Shown: positions 58,801 to 64,000 of the stretch, one piece after another
How the letters are laid out: every line of letters begins with the position of its first letter
Position numbering within the stretch: position 1 is the stretch's first letter
From: a virus
Length of the DNA: 64,000 bases
Virus record (IMG/VR): IMGVR_UViG_3300024581_003939
Coordinates: 3,513 to 67,512 of that record
Direction: 5' to 3' (one strand)
Notes under the pieces: generated by a model
Database searches by the model: none
Seen by the model: the letters and a program-made list of their open reading frames with translations, nothing else
Told to the model about the DNA's origin: nothing
Program-made: the position numbers and the translations under genes

Positions 58801-59392
58801 GATTCGAAAAAATACCGCCTAGACAAGCTGTGGAAACATTAAGCCCTTTACCGTATTGTTTAAGAAGATCGAAGTCAATGCGAGGATATCTATAAAAGCC
58901 GTCAGTATAGGCACGTTTAATTAGAGTAAACAAGTTACCCAAACCTTCACGGTTTTGTGCAGTAACCACCAGATGATAACGTCGTTTCCATTCGTCTTTT
59001 CCTAGCTCGAATGTTTTAGTTTCATCTTCGTTTTCAATAATATGACCGCCTTCCTCTTCTTCTTTAATCGCTTTTTGCTTTGCTGCAGCTCGGTCGATCT
59101 TGGCTTGTTCGTAGTCTGATTTCCAATCTTTAAGTGAGGGGACAAAATAGAATTCACATCCGTAAATTTGACGGAATTTCTTGCCTTGCTTTTTTACTTT
59201 TTGTGCGTGCTTATAGGCGTGAGCAAGACCGCTACCGTTACCATGATCAGTTAATGCCCAGGCATCCATGCCGTTTTCTAGTACGAAGTCGATGTGATCA
59301 GACGGATAACCTAATCCATCAAAAACGGAAAAGCCTGTGTGTCCGTGAAAGCCAACAAATCGATCGGGTGGTGTAAGTAATTTGATATCCAT
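55874..59392 (-). CDS. dnaE: DNA polymerase III alpha subunit
   Basis: PHP domain (HGHT..S..DG, TDHG), GRGSGGGS-like ARGSGGGS, catalytic PDIDSD, KFDFLGL, FNKSH, HhH and OB domains. Confidence 0.96.
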   Translation of the reverse strand: MDIKLLTPPDRFVGFHGHTGFSVFDGLGYPSDHIDFVLENGMDAWALTDHGNGSGLAHAYKHAQKVKKQGKKFRQIYGCEFYFVPSLKDWKSDYEQAKIDRAAAKQKAIKEEEEGGHIIENEDETKTFELGKDEWKRRYHLVVTAQNREGLGNLFTLIKRAYTDGFYRYPRIDFDLLKQYGKGLNVSTACLGGIFSNRIMRGNALKLSDEQIQQELSYLSERFVDAVGEDNFYLELQFNRLKQQHLVNHHMLRHAQQTGLQLISTPDSHYYSPDKWEARELYKKLGWMGNDPSPLPEFEDLKCELYPKNAGQMWDEFTRHYEEYKDTYEGFEETIKKSIEITHDIAWEKCEDCWIDTSVKLPDFNNPNQSAFQQLAQKVKEALVKEGLHTKPEYVERTKAELEDIKFLGFENYFLVMNEVFHKAADHTLFGAARGSGGGSLVNFLLGITQVDPLKYDLLWERFLGRHRTSWPDIDSDAGDRDALINAARELYGDEAVIPVSNFNTLKLKSLVKDIAKFYGVDFGEVNKMTGPLQDEVMSQARDENTEKSVFVLKHEDCMQFSKGYREFMEKYPKVKDHIEALFMQNRSIGRHAGGVIIGPPRDLEQSMPIIGVRGELQTPWTEGMNFRNLEDNGFIKFDFLGLTLLKDVENCIKRILTRETGKEPTFLEIRDWFDKHLNCRYVDQDDEEVWKHVYHQRRKVGVFQFTAEGARRFCEDAKPTNIEELAALTAIYRPGPLRANVHKKYVKDKLRADEIHYEHPIIKDILGPTFGHVTFQEQFMLLAQKLGGFTPAESDKLRKTLVKKSLDTMGKKGDEREEARIKFVTGAKEINGVPEHVSQELWERIEFFSVYGFNKSHAIAYAIGSYYAAWLHTYYETDWLGTILESENNNPNALSKAIAEIKEMGYRVALPDVNESGTYWQWSEKKQAFIPPLTSIKGVGKTAVVEIMQNRPYESVASMLFDDDGKWRHSKLNKTGFASLCQVEAFNGLQEMWDGTIDNHKQLYNIIIDNYSNLKKSKWGMTARKAKKENAPEILPVLIDETRGTEDWGRIDKLTMYQDLCSATRDDLAFPDEMMEKIRSAGVKSVLNMLPGEKCIAWCCIVDMIKKTTKNKKTFYRLKITDYENNTGWLRMWGEKPESMVPYSIWLTEASNDPNWGASTSSRKIRPLVTD

Positions 59393-59397
59393 ATAAG

Positions 59398-59452
59398 AAA
59401 ACTCCTGGTATTATTTTTGTTATAGTATACCACAAGGAGTTTAAGATTACAT
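59398..59452 (-). promoter_or_regulatory. dnaE promoter ATGTAA-N17-TATACT with RBS-covering hairpin
   Basis: -35 at 59447-59452, -10 at 59424-59429; arms AAACTCCT-TGT-GGTAT and ATACC-AGGAGTTT. Confidence 0.72.
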
Positions 59453-59527
59453 TTTTAACTACTTATTAAACCTTGTTATCAGAAGCACTACCGTAAATAA
59501 ATTTGCCCTTATATAGTTTTCGCTTCC

Positions 59528-61336
59528 TTAAAACAGAAATTTCAAAGTGTATTTTTTTCTTTCACTTAAGTTTCTTTTTTCTAAATTATCTCTGGCACTA
59601 TCTCTTACTTGTTCGTCTCTATCGTTTAGTAATTCTTTTAAAGTTTGAACATTTGTATTTTGATTTTCTGCAACATTTTGCCTTACCCATTTATCACTGT
59701 CTCCTGACATTATTTGCAAAGTTTCAGATCGGGTTGACGGGTTTGAAGCGACAAATGATCTAACTCTTTTGCTGGTATCGTATGATAGCTTGTCTATGAC
59801 ATCTGGAGTTGCTGATTCATTCATTGCTATAAATACCCTTACCCATTCAACAGTATCGTCAGTCATTTTAAGCAAAGTCGTCGGGCCTGTTGATTCATTT
59901 TGAGCAATTGCTGACCTTACACTCCTATCAGCATCATCTGATAAGATATCTAACAATCTGGAGTCTACTGGATCTTTTTGTGCTATAGACTGTCTTACGC
60001 CACTTGATCGATCGCTTGTTAAGTTTTTTAATATCTCAAAAGGCGTCAATTCATTATACACGACTGATCTTCTTACATGTTCTGAAGTGTCTTTTGATAA
60101 CTTTTCTAGAAGTTGTAAATTTTCTAAATTTCTTGCAACTACTGATCTTACAGTTTCATCTTTATCATTTGATAGTCTTTCTAGTATTTCTGACTTAGAT
60201 GGCATGGATCTGTGTCCAATATTTTTTACTGCATTTAATCTTACAACAGGTGACGGATCATTTGAAAACTTGTTTAGTAAAACCTCATCATCAGTTCTTA
60301 ATGCAACATTTTGTCTTACGCTTTCGCTCTTGTCGTTTGACAAATAAGCTAATACTTCCGGTGAAACATTTCCTTGATCGAGAACCGAACTTATAAAATC
60401 ACTTTTTTCACTTTCACCGTAATCTTTGATGACAGATATTAAAACTTCTAAGTTTTCTGCGGACTTTTCTAATATTTCAATTGCTGGACTTATGCCGTTG
60501 TACTTTTGAACAGTTGAATTAATTGCGCTCATAATATCGTTATAGTACTGTCCTAGCGCTTTTGAAAAAGATGCTTGTGTCAGCCCTTTGTTTGATGCAT
60601 CGACAGATATACCTCCGTCTTGACCATGAAGCTCAATTTGACCCTCCACGAAACCTAAAGACATTCTAGAACAATTATTAGCCATGCAAGGATTTTCTTG
60701 ATATATCTGTGGGTCGTCAGGCTTTCTATTATAGTCCATTATGTAAAATAGCATCATGGACTCTCCGTGTGCACCGGCATAAGAATAAAATAAGTTTTGC
60801 CCATTTCTTTTTGTTGTGCACCAAGTTGTGGACTGAGGGTTGTCAAAGTCACAAGAAACTGACCCTCTGACTGTCTTAGGCAGAATAACGGTCCACGGGC
60901 CAAATTTGCCAACAATTTCTAGATCAGTACCGTTCTCTAACGAAACCATGGTTTTTCTGTCGTGCGAGCTTAAATCAACATTGACACCCTGTATAAAGTT
61001 GTCTAGCTCTTGAATTGAACTAAAGGACGAGAGGTTTAAGTAAGATAATATGCTAGGGTCATTAAGCCTCTTTGACTTAACCCTAACTTTTTGTTTAAAT
61101 GCTTCAGTTTTAAATTCTAAAACTGACTGAATTATGTGAAATAGGTCAAAGTTGTCTCTAATTTTTTGAATCCAGGAGAAGTCTTGAGTTTTAAGACCGC
61201 TGGCTTCGGCATTCAAGTATATTCTCTTATCTTCTTCAGAAATGTTTAAATTGTTAATATAATCTCTATCTCTTCTTCCTTCAGAAATAAGATAATTTTC
61301 TATTAATGTGTTCAATTGTTTTTTTGATATTTTCAC
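59528..61336 (-). CDS. WCT-motif family protein, paralog D, with LRV/HEAT-like repeats
   Basis: MKISKKQLNTLIENYLISE; TTWCTTKRNGQNLFYSY; C-terminal repeats. Confidence 0.78.
   Translation of the reverse strand: MKISKKQLNTLIENYLISEGRRDRDYINNLNISEEDKRIYLNAEASGLKTQDFSWIQKIRDNFDLFHIIQSVLEFKTEAFKQKVRVKSKRLNDPSILSYLNLSSFSSIQELDNFIQGVNVDLSSHDRKTMVSLENGTDLEIVGKFGPWTVILPKTVRGSVSCDFDNPQSTTWCTTKRNGQNLFYSYAGAHGESMMLFYIMDYNRKPDDPQIYQENPCMANNCSRMSLGFVEGQIELHGQDGGISVDASNKGLTQASFSKALGQYYNDIMSAINSTVQKYNGISPAIEILEKSAENLEVLISVIKDYGESEKSDFISSVLDQGNVSPEVLAYLSNDKSESVRQNVALRTDDEVLLNKFSNDPSPVVRLNAVKNIGHRSMPSKSEILERLSNDKDETVRSVVARNLENLQLLEKLSKDTSEHVRRSVVYNELTPFEILKNLTSDRSSGVRQSIAQKDPVDSRLLDILSDDADRSVRSAIAQNESTGPTTLLKMTDDTVEWVRVFIAMNESATPDVIDKLSYDTSKRVRSFVASNPSTRSETLQIMSGDSDKWVRQNVAENQNTNVQTLKELLNDRDEQVRDSARDNLEKRNLSERKKYTLKFLF
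59583..60363 (-). repeat. about ten 24-26 aa LRV/HEAT-like repeats (protein level)
   Basis: repeat unit LxxLSxDxxxxVRxxVAxN. Confidence 0.8.
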
Positions 61337-61361
61337 GCGAAGACCTTTTTAGATATAAGTA

Positions 61362-61766
61362 TTAACGCTCTCTACAATTTTCACACAATGTATAGATCCA
61401 GCCGCGATTATTATCTTGCTTTTCTGATGGTTTGCCACACTCTGTACAGATATGATATGACATAGACTCAGCCATGCTTACCAACCCATCAATATAATCA
61501 TCACTACCGTACGTGTAAAAGCAGAGGCCACCAAACTTTTCCTTGACTTGAACTGCTTCGCAAATAAGATGTTCTTCTTCTGGCTTGTTTCTATTAACAT
61601 TGATAATTCGATTTTGAATATTTTCACATAGGGTGTCGATTAGGTCGTACCATCCGTCTCCGCAAGAGATTCCCCAGCACATTGCTGTCACAGTTTTGTC
61701 TAGGTCTTTCTGGCGAAAGATGTTTGGGTATTTTTCATAAAGTTGTTGTTGAAGTTCTGCTTTCAT
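61362..61766 (-). CDS. conserved phage-type hypothetical protein with C-terminal Zn ribbon
   Basis: GWYDLI, QVKEKFGGL, CTECG...CENC. Confidence 0.7.
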   Translation of the reverse strand: MKAELQQQLYEKYPNIFRQKDLDKTVTAMCWGISCGDGWYDLIDTLCENIQNRIINVNRNKPEEEHLICEAVQVKEKFGGLCFYTYGSDDYIDGLVSMAESMSYHICTECGKPSEKQDNNRGWIYTLCENCRER

Positions 61767-61957
61767 TTTTCTACCTCTTGTTCTAGTGTTATAACTGACG
61801 TTGCGCCGTCATAAACAATTGCTTTTATTTTTCCTTTAGTCAGTGCTTGTATCTCTTTAAAGCCGTATCTATTATAACAGCTAAGGACTATAGAGTATAC
61901 TTTTTCACCTCTATAGTCCAAAGTTGATATCAAGTCACCCGCCTTTATTTCGGTCAT
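61763..61957 (-). CDS. small SH3-like protein
   Basis: IKAGDLIS. Confidence 0.5.
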   Translation of the reverse strand: MTEIKAGDLISTLDYRGEKVYSIVLSCYNRYGFKEIQALTKGKIKAIVYDGATSVITLEQEVEK

Positions 61958-62949
61958 TAAAAGAATTCCGTCAAATCGATATTCTTTTCTTGTGCTTCTT
62001 CAAGATAACGAAGTGGATTATACCCTTCTGACTTTAAAATACTTTCGTATGACATGCGTATACCTTCTACGAGACCTATCTTAGGATACCAGCCAGTATA
62101 CTCTCTGACTTTTCTACCACTTAAGATATGATTACCCATATATTCTGTTTGGGGTAGCCATTCAATTGTATCTGCGAAACTCTGGCCGCATACTTTATCC
62201 ATTAATTCTACTATTTCTCCTGTCACAAGTGGTGTTTCTGCCGCGATATTAAAGTCGTTGTTCCAACATTTGTCTTCTTTGATGCAGGAAAATACACCAT
62301 CACAATAGTCATTGACATGTAGATAATCTTTAATTTTTGTTGGATCCAAGAACATTTGAATCTTTTTTACGCCGTTTAATTTTGCATAAATAGTTTTTGC
62401 GATCAGAGAATTCATATCACCTTCACCGCCGTATGCAAAAAGAGGTCGAATAATCATCCACTTACTACTATGAGACTTAACTACTTCTTCAGCTGCTAGC
62501 TTTTGACAACCGTAAAAAGTATGAGGACCACGATCAGAGTCTTCTTCGATAGCAGTCTCTTGATACTTGGGTGTATCATAAATAACAGTCGTGCCCATAT
62601 AACATACAGGAATTCCGCATTTTTTTGCAGCACGACAGATATTGAAAGTGCCTTGAACATTTGTCAATGTTGATTCTTTTGAATTAAGCGCTACGACATC
62701 AGTTCCTACAACGGCTGCATTATGAATAACGACATCGATATTGTTGACTCTGAAAAAAGATGCCCAAGCCTCTTCTGAGTTTCGATGAATGCAGGGCTCG
62801 CCTTTTTCTGTTGTAAATTGTGAAACAAAAGCGGCATCTTCATTTATCTCGTGCACCCCAGAAATAAAGTTAAGACCATTTAGTTTGGCACGCTTCGCAA
62901 GATTAGTTCCAATAAATCCTCGCTCGCCAGTGATAAAAACATTTTTCAT
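61957..62949 (-). CDS. second NAD-dependent epimerase/dehydratase (SDR)
   Basis: TGERGFIG, HNAA, YGCQK, IRP..AYG. Confidence 0.88.
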   Translation of the reverse strand: MKNVFITGERGFIGTNLAKRAKLNGLNFISGVHEINEDAAFVSQFTTEKGEPCIHRNSEEAWASFFRVNNIDVVIHNAAVVGTDVVALNSKESTLTNVQGTFNICRAAKKCGIPVCYMGTTVIYDTPKYQETAIEEDSDRGPHTFYGCQKLAAEEVVKSHSSKWMIIRPLFAYGGEGDMNSLIAKTIYAKLNGVKKIQMFLDPTKIKDYLHVNDYCDGVFSCIKEDKCWNNDFNIAAETPLVTGEIVELMDKVCGQSFADTIEWLPQTEYMGNHILSGRKVREYTGWYPKIGLVEGIRMSYESILKSEGYNPLRYLEEAQEKNIDLTEFF

Positions 62950-62954
62950 AAAAA

Positions 62955-63013
62955 AACTCCTAGTTGTTAAGTTATTAGTCTATAACATACTAGGAGTCTG
63001 ATTAATTTTACAA
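62955..63013 (-). promoter_or_regulatory. RBS-covering hairpin with candidate TTGTAA-N18-TATGTT promoter
   Basis: arms GACTCCTAGT-A-TGTTA and TAACA-ACTAGGAGTT. Confidence 0.6.
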
Positions 63014-63023
63014 ATTGAATATA

Positions 63024-64000
63024 TTAGTATCTTCCGTAATATCTTCTTCTGTAAAGAGAAGCTCTACTTAACCCTTCTTGTAAAGATTCTTGTTCTACTT
63101 GTGCTTCATAAGCATCTAGTGCGTTCTTGTTTTTCTTGAACATGTTTTTAATTTTGCTATCTAAGTTTTTGATTCTTCTTTCTTCACCTTTTTCTTTAAG
63201 TTTGCTTCTTAAGCTAGCTGCTTTTTCCACTGCATTTTGTAAAAACTTATTCTTATCTTTCTTACTGTTAACTTCGTCAGCAAACATTGATGCATCGATG
63301 TCTTCAATGAATTTTTCATCAATTTCTTCGGGCATCTCAGGCATTTTAATAGCTGGGTTTGATGTTTTTCCAGAAGATTTGTTTCCGTCTTTTACCACAC
63401 TCGGCATGTTAATGTCTTTTAAAAATTGCAATACATGCTTTGCGCCAACCCCGTAACCTAGCTCAGTCAAGACTTTGGTATTTTTCTTTAGCGTAGACTT
63501 GATTCTTTCCATGTCTTCTTGTGATACGTTAGGAAAAGTCTGTTTAAACTTGCTATCAAAGTTTGGGTTAAACATTCTATTTTTTGGATTACCGTCTTCG
63601 TCTTTTTCTTTAGACTTACCAATTACAGTTTCTTTTCCGTCAATGTACATTTCCCATGCTTTTTGTGTACCTTTTCCCCATGCACCATCATGCTTAGTAT
63701 GCTTTTCATACGGATCAACAATTTTTTGAATTCCTTCTGTGTTTGAATTGTAACTGATTGCAGCAACTCTTTGAGTTCCTCTTTCAGGGTTTTCAACACT
63801 AGATTCTCCAGGTGCAAATTCAAAATCATCTTCAATATCGAATTTGATATTTTCAAGTTCTTCTTTAATATCATTTAAATATGCTTTTATATCTTGCTTA
63901 ATCTTAATAGCGTCTTCATTGGTCCCAGGTAAAATCACTGTATCGTTGTTGTCGATTATATCTATAGAGTTTTCAATTTTAGTTAAAAATACTTCTAGAC
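63024..64000 (-). CDS. 5'-truncated protein with peptidoglycan-binding-like motif
   Basis: frame open to the window edge; HDGAWGKGTQKAW; C-terminus LQEGLSRASLYRRRYYGRY. Confidence 0.55.
   Translation of the reverse strand, partial: LEVFLTKIENSIDIIDNNDTVILPGTNEDAIKIKQDIKAYLNDIKEELENIKFDIEDDFEFAPGESSVENPERGTQRVAAISYNSNTEGIQKIVDPYEKHTKHDGAWGKGTQKAWEMYIDGKETVIGKSKEKDEDGNPKNRMFNPNFDSKFKQTFPNVSQEDMERIKSTLKKNTKVLTELGYGVGAKHVLQFLKDINMPSVVKDGNKSSGKTSNPAIKMPEMPEEIDEKFIEDIDASMFADEVNSKKDKNKFLQNAVEKAASLRSKLKEKGEERRIKNLDSKIKNMFKKNKNALDAYEAQVEQESLQEGLSRASLYRRRYYGRY

Noticed and set aside
55874-59392. Intein or intron in dnaE
   Set aside because: 1172 aa is a normal DnaE length with contiguous motifs, and no intein or LAGLIDADG signature was seen.
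1-64000. CRISPR array or cas genes (DinG as a type IV Cas helicase)
   Set aside because: No repeat-spacer array and no Cas5/6/7-like ORFs were recognised near the helicase.
1-64000. Stop-codon reassignment
   Set aside because: Known enzymes are full length in the standard code, and TAA, TAG and TGA all end genes at sensible positions.

Overview
This window is an AT-rich, gene-dense 64 kb segment of a large tailed bacteriophage (jumbo-phage-like) genome. Nearly all genes lie on the minus strand, use the standard genetic code and have AGGAG/GAGG Shine-Dalgarno sites. Recognisable genes cover replication (DnaE, ATP-dependent ligase, DinG/XPD helicase, 5'-3' exonuclease), nucleotide supply (ThyX, thymidine kinase, dUTPase, dCMP deaminase, APRT), expression (sigma factor, ribosomal protein bS21), folding (GroEL, Hsp20), and redox or sulfur auxiliary functions (SOD, di-haem peroxidase, CysK). 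No capsid, portal or terminase gene, tRNA or CRISPR array was recognised. The best leads are: (1) a shared N-terminal leader (MK[IL][TS][KR][KR]xLxxII..L-x-E) on about a dozen unrelated proteins, resembling a capsid-targeting propeptide; (2) a four-member paralog family with a WCT motif; (3) a nucleotide kinase fused to a minimal thymidylate-synthase-fold domain with the dCMP-type Asp, suggesting cytosine DNA modification; (4) a sigma factor lacking region 4.2, followed by a separate region-4.2-like HTH gene; (5) two promoter classes, plus hairpins that would hide the RBS of replication genes in read-through mRNA. All calls come from reading motifs by eye; no database searches were run.
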